Below are positions 1-9,731 of a stretch of 64,000 nucleotides of DNA, piece after piece. The notes under the pieces were generated by a model that worked only from the letters and a program-made list of their open reading frames with translations, did no database searches and was not told the origin of the DNA. How positions within the stretch are numbered: the stretch's first letter is position 1; every line of letters begins with the position of its first letter. Origin of the DNA: Eledone cirrhosa (lineage: Eukaryota); assembly GCA_964016885.1 (NCBI GenBank), contig OZ024741.1:398784001-398848000 (forward strand), in the 5' to 3' direction. A program made the position numbers and the translations under genes.

Positions 1-2245
1 GCGGCCTTTCAGCGGCACTTTGCTCAACTGTTCGGGAGGGGCGGCGCGCCGGGAGGGGCTATGGATTTCGGTCCATACTTCGACGGCCTACCGTGACTCT
101 CGGACAGCGAGGCGAAGTTCTGCGAAAGGCCGATTTCGGCCGCTGAGATAGGGGACGCGCTGCAATGCGGCAAAAGCAAATCTCCAGGTCTCGACGGTCT
201 ACCCTACGAACTTTACGTAGCAATGCCGGACTTGTTCTCCGGTCTCATGGAAGCGGTCTACTGCAACTGGCAGCAGAACGGGAAAATTCCCAGTTCTGTG
301 ACCAAGGGCGTAATCACGTTAGTCAGGAAGGACGAGAACAAGGGGGATGACATAGGCAACTTCCGGCCCATAACTCTGCTCAACACAAAGTTACAGATTT
401 TGGCCAAGGTGTTGGCAAAGAGGCTGGCGCTTGTCGTCGAAAACCTGGTGGGAGAGGCGCCATCATGCGCAATCCCGACCACGTCCATAGACGACAACCT
501 CCACCTCATGCGATACATCATAGAGAGGGTAGGGTGTAAACCCGGCTTCCGTGGGGCCCTGATCAACTTGGATCAGTCTAAGGCTTTCGATAGGGTTGAC
601 CATCGTTACCCGAATGCTGTGCTCGAGGCGGCAGGCTTCGGTCCCGTGTTCAGGGGCTGGATTACTGCAATGCACAACAGCAACATCTGCTCAAGGGTCA
701 AGGTGAACGGCTACCTCTCGGAGCCGTTCCATATCACGCGATCCATCCGACAGGGATTCCCTCTCTCCTCCCTTCTGTATGTACTGACTCTCGAGCCACT
801 ACTGCGGAAGATGGAGTTATTGCAGGGCATCCCTTTGGAACCGGGACTGCGAAAAGCGGCGCTGGCCTACGCCGACGACGTGACAGTAATGGTGTCGAGC
901 ACCTCGCAAATCGGGGAGTTCGGCACCTTACTGGAGGAATACGAAAGGTTCACAGGAGCGAAGCTGAACCGGGACAAATCCGTCGGTTTGCAACTCGGAA
1001 CGTGGAGAGGCAAACCGATGCCTTCCGATGACGTCGTCGGACGCTGGACGGAAGGACCGGTAAATCTGCTCGGGGTCTGGTTTGGTCCTGACCTCCAGGT
1101 GGAGAAGAACTGGAATGAGGTGACGGCCAAGGTGTTTGCGCTCACCCAGAAGTGGGCCGAGTGCAAACTATCCTTGAAAGGTCGAGCGGAGGTGGCGAAC
1201 ACTTTTATAGCGTCCGTCATCTACTACCGCTTGACCGTCGTGCCTTGTCCAGCCAAAACGCTCACCAAAATGGAGCGCGCGCTCTTCCAATTCCTTTGGA
1301 AGAAACGGGCTCCTTTGGTGAGACGATCCATCTGCTGCCAACACCCTTCAAATGGAGGGCTGGGGATGCCGTGGCTGACGATGCGCAAACACGCGCTCAG
1401 ACTGCGGTACCTCCACGTATTCCTCACCAGACAACCGGTGTGGGCCCCGTTTGTGAGACGAGCCTTCCCACAACTCGTCTCGCTGACCGAGCTGCAGTCC
1501 TGGGTCAAGCAAAGACCGAGGAAAATGGGCGACTGGCACATCGAATGTGCTCAGGCGCTCACAGTCCTCTGGCAAACGGACCCGGCGATCAGTGGAGACT
1601 CCACTTCGACATTCTATAGAGGGTTGGTTCGCAGCAATTGCGACGACACGCCCGGAGAAACTCTAGGCGTAGAGGAGGACGAACTGGCCAGTCTATTCGG
1701 TAGGACTTTCCGCCCGGAACCAATGGACAACTTCCAAAAGTCCCTGGCCTGGCAGTGCTACCGAGGAGCTCTACCAGTTCGAGACACGCTCTACAGTCAT
1801 GGGCTCCCGGGAAAGGACCCTTCGAAAAAGATCTGTCCGAGATGCGTGCGCGACGAGGAAACCGTCGCGCCCGCATTTGTACACAGCCCGGGCGTTACCG
1901 ACCTGTGGGGCTATGTAGAACGACTATTGTCGCGGGTGCGACCAATCCAGTTGACCACCGAGTCCATTGTCATGATCAAACCGCCACCCTCCTTCAAAAC
2001 GAGGGAGAGGCAGTTTTCCTATGTGTTATGGCTATGGTGAAAGAGGTTATATGGTGGACGAGGTTAAAAGAGCTGAGGTCAGACAACTTTCTCTCCGGCG
2101 AGCAACTGATTCGTTTTTTAAAATATCATTTTGGAAGAAGAATCAGGATGGAAAGAGAGGTGCTGCCAGCAAATTTTATAAAAGGTGGGTGAATGTGGCA
2201 AAGATGGCCCGAGTGGTTGGGCTTTCTCTCTATATAAGCCTCTAG
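1..2245 (+). pseudogene. Disrupted LINE ORF2 reverse transcriptase
   Basis: Frame 1 continues upstream of ORF 223-2040 with an in-frame TGA at 94-96. The C-terminus continues through frameshifts into ORF 1755-2192 (VKEVIWWTR) and ORF 2021-2245 (FYKRW). Confidence 0.88.
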
Positions 2246-2478
2246 GTTGAGGAAAAAGAGGAAGAGAGAAAGGGAGTACTCACTCTTGGTGCTCCTGGAG
2301 ATGAGGGTTGTACGTTTTTTCGGGGTGTGTACAACCCTTGTGTAACACCTCCCCCCTATTCGGGATTTCAATTGTGATTTGTTATTTTATTAATAGTTTT
2401 ATTTTCATATACCTGTATGTAAACTCCCCATTTGTATTTGTCTCTTTCTTTTGTGCTCTTGTGGCTAATAAAGAAATT
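1..2478 (+). mobile_element. Tx1/L1-clade non-LTR retrotransposon, ORF2 3' half plus 3' UTR (5' part lies outside the window)
   Basis: RT motifs KSPGLDGLP, NFRPITLLN, LDQSKAFDRV, RQGFPLS, AYADD, then a C-terminal CPRC..H zinc-binding region. The 3' UTR ends in AATAAA (~2467) and runs into a TA-rich microsatellite. Confidence 0.92.
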
Positions 2479-2500
2479 TATCTATGTATGTATATATATA

Positions 2501-2821
2501 AGTAAAAGGTAAACAGAAATAGCAACACAATCGGTACAGTATATGGAAGGGATATATTAGGTTAACGCTTGATATAGCAGGAAGAGGGTCTTAACGTTTC
2601 GAACGCTAGTCCTTCATCAGAAGAAAGAATGAGAAATAAGATAGATTGAGGGGACGGGCGGGATGGAATTGGAAAAAATGTCTTTAGATAAAAATAACAG
2701 GTCCATTTATGTTGACATGTCTTGCAAAACTGTTGGTACTGGCGTTTTGTGTATGATTTATTTTTTTATAAAAGTGGATGATGGAACGCGTCTACCTGAA
2801 ATGGAAAAAAAAAACCGTTTT
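2501..2821 (-). mobile_element. Penelope-like pseudo-LTR fragment between (TA)n tracts
   Basis: Flanked by TA repeats on both sides and carries a minimal hammerhead near its 3' end. Confidence 0.55.
2589..2624 (-). ncRNA. Minimal type I hammerhead ribozyme motif
   Basis: Minus strand reads UCUU-CUGAUGA-A-GGAC(UAGC)GUUC-GAAA-CG-UU-AAGA: 4-bp stem I, 4-bp stem II, palindromic ACGU stem III, GUU cleavage triplet. Confidence 0.7.
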
Positions 2822-3204
<383 letters not shown>

Positions 3205-3207
<3 letters not shown>

Positions 3208-4012
3208 TCACCGAGAATCGTATTTCGGCTGGTAGAAAAAGCGAAACGAAACGCAAAATCGTAGACATGCTGGCAAACGCTCCAATAGTTAAGAAAACTA
3301 GACCTAAACTATATGTTAAAACTGGCTGTCTTAACCACGAACTGGATTACAATAAGCAATTTTCTGCTTCCCTAACTATATATATAGTTAGGGAAGAAAT
3401 GGTATTACATCGGAGCGACTGGGAATCCATTTAAAGCTTGCTGGTATACACACCGTTACGCAATGAAACATTCCCAGCATCGTTATGTAACTACCCTTGC
3501 AAACAAGACCTGGCAACTGAGGGAAAGTAACCATCAATATACCCTGAAGGGGAAAACATTATCGAACACGCCCCATATCGGAGTGGTATGAGAAGCTGTC
3601 GATTATGTGACCTTGAGCTGTTCCACATTTTGAGTTCGAAGAATAAGTTACTCAACAATAAAATCGAAAGATCAATTTATTGTAACCATACATTCAAAGA
3701 AAAGTTTTCGCACTACAAGTGCAAATCGAACCCTTAACCTCTTACTACTACCATCTGACAAACTGCAAATACTTAGACTTTCTACCCTCTTATTGTATAC
3801 AACCCCTTTAATTACCCACAAAAACCAATACCTACATCCCTCCCTTCTCCTTCATTCCTTTTCTATTTCTTTTCGTTTTCTTCCTTTCTTCTCTCTCCTT
3901 TTTTTTATGTCTTTTCTTTTCTTCTTTCTACACCCCCCTTCTTTATTTTATTTATTTATTTATTTATTATTATTATTATTTTATTTTATTTTTTATTTTT
4001 AGTTTACATATA

Positions 4013-4049
<37 letters not shown>

Positions 4050-4312
4050 TTATCTCTCTATCTCTCCCCTCTCTCTCTTTCTCTCTCTCTCTCTCCATCC
4101 ATCCTTCCCACTATAAACAATTTAATTTTCTTTAACTCACTACACTCTAAATCAACGACATCATGTCTACATATATCAAAACTGATCAAAGATTCCTTTC
4201 ACCTATACCCCTCCCTCCATCTCAGTTTGCCACCCTACTTACCAATGAAACAGTCGTAAATACCTGGATAAAATCCTTTTTTTAATGCTTACCTGTGTTT
4301 TCTCTTTTATCC
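3205..4312 (+). mobile_element. Penelope-like element 3' fragment with frameshifted GIY-YIG endonuclease (~3397-3737)
   Basis: Manual translation: [25 protein letters not shown], frameshift, then PYRSGMRSCRLCDLE..ILSSKNKLLNNKIE....CNH, stop 3735-3737. Pyrimidine-rich 3' UTR ends at (TA)n. Confidence 0.72.
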
Positions 4313-4327
4313 TATATATATATATAA

Positions 4328-4510
4328 CTGTTTCTACTTTTGGCACAAGGCCAGCAATTACCCAGTGCATTACTGGTACTTTATTTTATCGACCCCGTAA
4401 GGATGAAAGGCAAAGTCAACCTCGGCGGGATTTGAACTCAGATCGTAAAGGGACGTAACTATGCTGGAAAGCATGGCGTCCGACCCTCTACCGATACTGC
4501 CAATCCACCG
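4328..4510 (-). mobile_element. tRNA-derived SINE, family A
   Basis: Reverse complement of GAGTTCAAATCCCGCCGAGGTTGACTTTGCCTTTCATCC..GGGGTCGATAAAATAAAGTACCAG, shared with about 10 copies in the window; B-box-like GAGTTCAAATCC. Confidence 0.85.
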
Positions 4511-4760
4511 TGTGGTACGGAACCAGATGGACCATAACGCACCAAAGTACTCAATACTTAGGGTAGTAGAGTGGGTAATAGGAACGAGTAGGACCCCGAC
4601 GGCTGAGCTCAAGCCGTTTCGACGGTACAACAATTATTATTGAGTGGCTGGTATTTGCAGTATAGCAATATAAGGTTGCACTTACCAATGAAACGGTCGT
4701 AAATACCTGAATTAGCCGTCGAAACGGCTTGAGCTCAGCCGTCGGGGTCCTACTCGTTCC

Positions 4761-4763
<3 letters not shown>
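4511..4763. mobile_element. PLE-type terminal fragment with a ~48-bp inverted repeat and a degenerate hammerhead-like fold
   Basis: ~4579-4626 is the reverse complement of ~4716-4763. A homologous rearranged copy lies at 22603-22740. Ends in (TA)n. Confidence 0.6.
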
Positions 4764-4792
<29 letters not shown>

Positions 4793-5429
4793 TGAAAACA
4801 TGGCGTGCTGCGTGGTTGCAAATGGGTTACATATGAATAAATTTAGTCCTTCATCAGTGATCTTCCAACCTTAATTGGTGTTTCATCGCTTTAAAGACCA
4901 TATACCTCCGGTTGGTGCGAGCAACGGCTAAAGAAAGTCGTTGCGACACGTAAATAAGGGGAACGAGCGAGACAGTAAACAATCAAAGATGGTAATGCAA
5001 CGAAAAGTGAGGAAGAAGGAGTCAAGTCCCTGAAATCGATGAACATAAGTTCTGTGAAATCGTAGACGAGAGAGAATAAAGACCATCCGACCTGGTCAAA
5101 GTGTGCGTGAGGAAAGAATCTCGTACAGGTCAAACGGGAGGAAGTAGGAGAGGGAGTAGCAGAGAGTGAGTGAGTGAAAGTGTGAGGAAGAAGCTAACAG
5201 AGAGAGAGTGACTGTTAGAGGGGGTAAAAGGAAGTGAGAGATACAAAGAAAAGGGGAAGCAGTAAGAAAGAAACATATATATATATATATATAATTCAAG
5301 AAAGAAGATTGACATGGTTCGCTATACAATAAGGGCTTTATTCACATTGCTGACAATTGTTTCTTTGATCTGGCAGGTCTAGAGTTCGCTATTCGCCTGA
5401 TTTTGCGCCAATCGATCTCCAATACTTTA

Positions 5430-5461
<32 letters not shown>

Positions 5462-5758
5462 ATAGAAATAAGGTAGAAAGATGGGTATATTTTTAAAGAA
5501 GTATATATATATATATATATATGTTATAAAAGCTATCTCTCTCTCTCTATCACCCATCTCTCCTCCTATCTCATCCTTCCTCATTATACTCCTCCCTCTC
5601 CACTTTTTACTCTCATCTCCTCCTCTTTTTCATCCTTTTCACCCCCCCCCATAACATTTTTTTCACCAATATCACACATCAATCTAAAACTACTTTTCAT
5701 ATGTTGATTTAAAACTGCACTATCCACAAGTGTTTTTAACCTTCATATCATGTCTTCC

Positions 5759-5828
5759 TATTTTATCTGATGAAAACACAATGTTATTGCATGATGATAT
5801 TTGTTTTTGAAATGCGCATAATAAAATA
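5759..5828 (+). ncRNA. Type I hammerhead ribozyme with intact core
   Basis: UAUUUUAU-CUGAUGA-[long stem II, AAACACAAUGUUAU / AUGAUAUUUGUUUUU]-GAAA-UGCGCA-UA-AUAAAAUA: perfect 8-bp stem I, palindromic AUGCGCAU stem III, AUA triplet. Predicted cut after 5820. Confidence 0.8.
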
Positions 5829-5952
5829 CATGGAACTCTTTTAACCATCTTTTGATCTTATATATTATGTATACTCCAGTCCTACAAACTGTAGAGTGCT
5901 TCTTATCCGATATCTGCATTGCTTTATTGTACTACAATAAAAAACTCACCTC

Positions 5953-6044
<92 letters not shown>

Positions 6045-6124
6045 TAGACCACCCGTGGCTCCTTGGGTCATGTTCACTTAAAAATATATTTTTTAAATCA
6101 CGTTCACTTGAAAATAATTTTCTC

Positions 6125-6228
6125 GTGGACTGACCAAATGAAGTTTATTTCTCAACATAGTCCCTGGCAAGAAACAATGCAGTTATTAATAAGAAGAGTT
6201 GAAATTAATGCATGCAAGATTTCACAAG
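6125..6228. mobile_element. Internal fragment of a mariner-type MITE
   Basis: Near-identical to 18886-18985 and to the reverse complement of ~23345-23440. Confidence 0.7.
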
Positions 6229-6480
6229 TTTGAAACCATTTTCATCTTTACAGGTTAAATTTTACATGTGACTCATGTTAGGGCTTTTAACTCCCGATGG
6301 AGTCATCAAGGTACCGGAGTGTCTCGGGTACATTAAACCTGGTGGTGCCCACCCTGCCAGCAGGTCTAAACAACACAGCCAATTTCTTCCAGAGAAGGGG
6401 AGTGAATGAAAGAGAGGGAGTGAATGAAAGAGGGAAAGAGTGGGAGTGAGTGAAAGAGAGAAAGAGAGTGAGTGAGTGAA

Positions 6481-6527
<47 letters not shown>

Positions 6528-6530
<3 letters not shown>

Positions 6531-6739
6531 TTCTTTATTAGCCACAAGAGCACAAAAGAAGGGGACAAATACAAATGGGGAGTTTACATACAGGTATATG
6601 AAAATAAAACTATTAATAAAATAACAAATAACAATTGATAAACCCAATAGGGGGGAGGTGTTACACAGGGGTTGTACACCCCCCAAAAAACGTACAACCC
6701 TCATCTCCAGGAGCACTAAGAGTGAGTACTCCCTTCCTC
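6528..6739 (-). mobile_element. 5'-truncated copy (3' UTR only) of the Tx1-like LINE
   Basis: Reverse complement of ~2265-2478 at high identity; bordered by (GA)n on both sides. Confidence 0.92.
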
Positions 6740-6794
6740 GAGAGATATATATATATATATATAGAGAGAGAGATAGAGATAGATAGATAGATAG

Positions 6795-6868
6795 ATTTCT
6801 TTATTAGCCACAAGGGCGCAACAAGAAAGGGGACAATACAAAGACATGCCGGGGATTTTACATACAGT
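6795..6868 (-). mobile_element. 3' tip of a related Tx1-like LINE subfamily
   Basis: TTTCTTTATTAGCCACAAG..GGGGACAA..TTTACATACAG matches the same 3' end; embedded in (GATA)n/(GA)n. Confidence 0.7.
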
Positions 6869-6879
6869 CGTGTAGATAG

Positions 6880-6913
<34 letters not shown>

Positions 6914-6964
6914 AAAGTGAGTCAGTGAGAAAGAGATGTAGAGGAAAATTCAACACCAATACGG

Positions 6965-7110
6965 GACAGGTAATTTTTTTTTATCGATCTCAAAAGGATG
7001 AAAAGCAAAGAATACCTTGGTCAATTTAAACTCAGAGAGAAGAGTGAGCTAGAATTAATACATCAGAGCAGTCCACCCTACATTCTAACGACTCTGATAA
7101 ATCACCTCCT
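6965..7110 (-). mobile_element. Diverged family A SINE
   Basis: TTTTATCGATC..AGGATGAAAAGCAAAG..TTTAAACTCAGA similarity to the other copies. Confidence 0.6.
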
Positions 7111-7994
7111 TAAATGTGATTAATTAGTTTTAACGCCAAAAAATATTTAACGATTTTTCTGCTTGTTTTATATTTTTATACCATTTTTACTGCTCAACAA
7201 CTATTTGTTGCGATTAAAATCTCCTTTGTTCGTCTTTTGGTTGGCAGATTCATATAAAAATTAACACTTTTATTCCACGAGTCTTTTAATTTCTAATCTG
7301 CACTTCAATCCGAAGTTCCTTAATATTACATTATTCTAGTTTCTCAAAATAAAGACGAATTAAAAAAAAAAACATTGATGATTTCTAACGATTTATTTTT
7401 CTTTCTTCTACAAGAAAAATTCTCCGTGTAGCTGTACCATTTAAAATGTTAAACTACTGCTGCCTTTTTTGACGCCATTTTTGAATATATTAATTATTCT
7501 TTAGAATTCTGCTACAGAAACAACAAAACCTCATGTAATACTTTGATTCTTTAAATCAAATTTCTGTATTCATTGTTTCTAAAATAATCTCCAGAAGGGG
7601 ATTAAGGGTATTAATAATTATAATTATCAAATCAGGGCGACATTAAAAGAATTATCAAAACGTTTAACACTTTAATGTTTTATAGGTTTTCATTCTTGTC
7701 CTAACTTTGAGATTCTGATATTTGTATTTTGTTTTAATATCCAACGATATCTTTTATTTCCCTATAGAAGATTAATTTATATTATTTTATTCTATATTCC
7801 ATTTTCTCTGTTCTTATTGTGTGAACATGAACACACACACAAGCAAGGTTAAAGTACTTTGTTATGAAATAGGTTTGAAGTACTTTATCGAGAAAGATGG
7901 TCGTACTACTGAAAGATTCTCTCTACACAAGCAAGAAAGAATTATAAATAGAGATTATTGTTAACTGAACACAGGACACTGGATTAGTAATATT

Positions 7995-8170
7995 GTTAGA
8001 GCTTCACACAACAGGTTTTATATTCTGATTTCAAATCCTGTCAAGGTTAGCTTTGCCTATCATCCTTAAGATGCTAATAAAATAAAGTACCAGTAATGTA
8101 CTGGGGTCGATTTAATTAACTTTACTCCCACCAAAAGTGTTGGCCTTGACTTGAGCCTAAACCAGAAACC
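7995..8170 (+). mobile_element. Family A SINE
   Basis: TTCTGATTTCAAATCC..CTTTGCCTATCATCC..AAAATAAAGTACCAGTAATGTACTGGGGTCGA. Confidence 0.75.
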
Positions 8171-8176
8171 ATTATT

Positions 8177-8371
8177 CAGACCTGCCAACCTCTAAAACCC
8201 CAAACGGAGTGTACCAGGAGAAAAAGTGCCCTAAAACAGGGAGATATGAGGCAGAATGGGGAGATTTTACATAATGAAAGCTGTACCTATTTTCACAAGA
8301 GAAGACATCTCTCAGCCACCCCAGAGTGGGTGGGAGATCTCCCCATTGGAAGGGGAGAGTTGACAGGTCTG
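8177..8371. mobile_element. hAT-like MITE
   Basis: Terminal inverted repeats CAGACCTGCCAAC / GTTGACAGGTCTG (1 mismatch); ATTATT on both flanks; non-coding. Confidence 0.65.
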
Positions 8372-8384
8372 GATTATTGGTATT

Positions 8385-8610
8385 GTTAGGGCGGTGGATT
8401 GACAGTATTGATAGAGCGTCGAACAGCTGCTTGGTTGCATAGTGTTACGGCCCCTTACGTTCTGAGTTCAAATCCCGCCGAGGTTAACTTTGCCTTTCAT
8501 CCTTACGGGGTCGATAAAATAAAGTACCAGTAACACAATGGGGTCTACTTAATCGTATTTTCCCCTCCCTTTCAAATTTCTCGCCTTGTGCTGAAGATAG
8601 AAACTATTAA
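8385..8610 (+). mobile_element. Near full-length family A SINE
   Basis: GGCGGTGGATTGACAG head, GAGTTCAAATCC B box, conserved body and tail. Confidence 0.85.
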
Positions 8611-8676
8611 TTAAACGGAAAGTAATTTACTTTATATTTTCTTTATCAACAATTTACCGAAAACTACCGTAACCAG

Positions 8677-8679
<3 letters not shown>

Positions 8680-8760
<81 letters not shown>

Positions 8761-8815
8761 TACACACACACCGACACAAGAAAACACACACACACATACA
8801 CACACGCACACACGT

Positions 8816-8873
<58 letters not shown>
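8680..8873. repeat. (CA)n-(TA)n microsatellite
   Basis: Directly visible. Confidence 0.97.
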
Positions 8874-8876
<3 letters not shown>

Positions 8877-9092
8877 GTGGATCACGCATTTAAATTCACA
8901 TATCTGAGGAGATGTCGAAGAAGAGTCAGGCTTCGATCGCCTTGATCTCACCCGAGCTGATCGATATTCAAACAATTGTAATATTCGAATCAAGTTTCTA
9001 CACAAGCTGCAAAATTGACTTGAATTTTCACTATATATATATATAGAGAGAGAGATTGGAGCAAACAACACGGGCGCTCTATCTCAAAATTA

Positions 9093-9128
9093 TTTTTGAA
9101 AAGCATTAGAAATGCGCAACCGGTAAAA
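9093..9128 (+). ncRNA. Degenerate U3:A8-variant hammerhead in a pseudo-LTR fragment (~9045-9241)
   Basis: UUU-UUGAAAA-GCAUU(AGA)AAUGC-GCAA-CCGG-UA-AAA; GAAA is changed to GCAA. Confidence 0.55.
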
Positions 9129-9238
9129 ACTTATAACTAAAACTGAATACTAACCAATACTTATTACTAATTTTTACTTATTCCGAATTAAACTATTTTT
9201 CACTGGGAAAAATTTGTCAGCATTTTCTTTTCCTTTTA

Positions 9239-9297
<59 letters not shown>

Positions 9298-9507
9298 CGT
9301 TTCTGAATTTGTTTAGCAAGATTCTTTATCTGAAAACGTGTGTTGAAACCGATATTGTTATGTTTTAGGAGGGTCATGTTGCCAATAAGAAACACACGCA
9401 CCAGTTGCTTTCACTCCAATTTATTATAAATTTAATTTATAAATTTAAGAATTTATAAATTTACGGTTAGTTGGTTGGTTCCACAACCAGACGATTGTTC
9501 ATATATT

Positions 9508-9550
9508 GTCAAAGTTCTTTCGTCACACATTCTATGACCTCTTCAATGAC
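9508..9550 (-). ncRNA. Hammerhead motif in the 3' pseudo-LTR (C3 to U change)
   Basis: GUCA-UUGAAGA-G-GUCAUA(GAAUG)UGUGAC-GAAA-GAAC-UU-UGAC. Confidence 0.65.
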
Positions 9551-9731
9551 TGGGGATTCTTTTCTTTGTGTTTGTTCCTCTCCTTTGTTCTGTCCTACGC
9601 CATCTTGTTTTTGTGTGTGTTGTGTGCTTAGTTTACGCATGTGTTACATCCGGGTGTCTGTGTGTGTTTATATTTGTTTATTTACATGTTACTGGTTGGT
9701 TGTTTGTTCTATGTGTGTTTTCATTTTGTTC

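Noticed and set aside
258-1876. Antisense and alternate-frame ORFs over the LINE RT
   Set aside because: Shadow ORFs of GC-rich coding sequence with no recognisable motifs.
4845-4862. CUGAUGA cores at ~4850 (minus), 19734 (CUGACGA, plus) and ~22947 (minus)
   Set aside because: No downstream GAAA/stem III could be folded; at most deleted remnants.
7110-7990. AT-rich unique stretch with AAAATGGCG (YY1/start-like) on the minus strand at ~7472-7480
   Set aside because: The frame closes after 9 codons and nothing else supports a promoter or exon.
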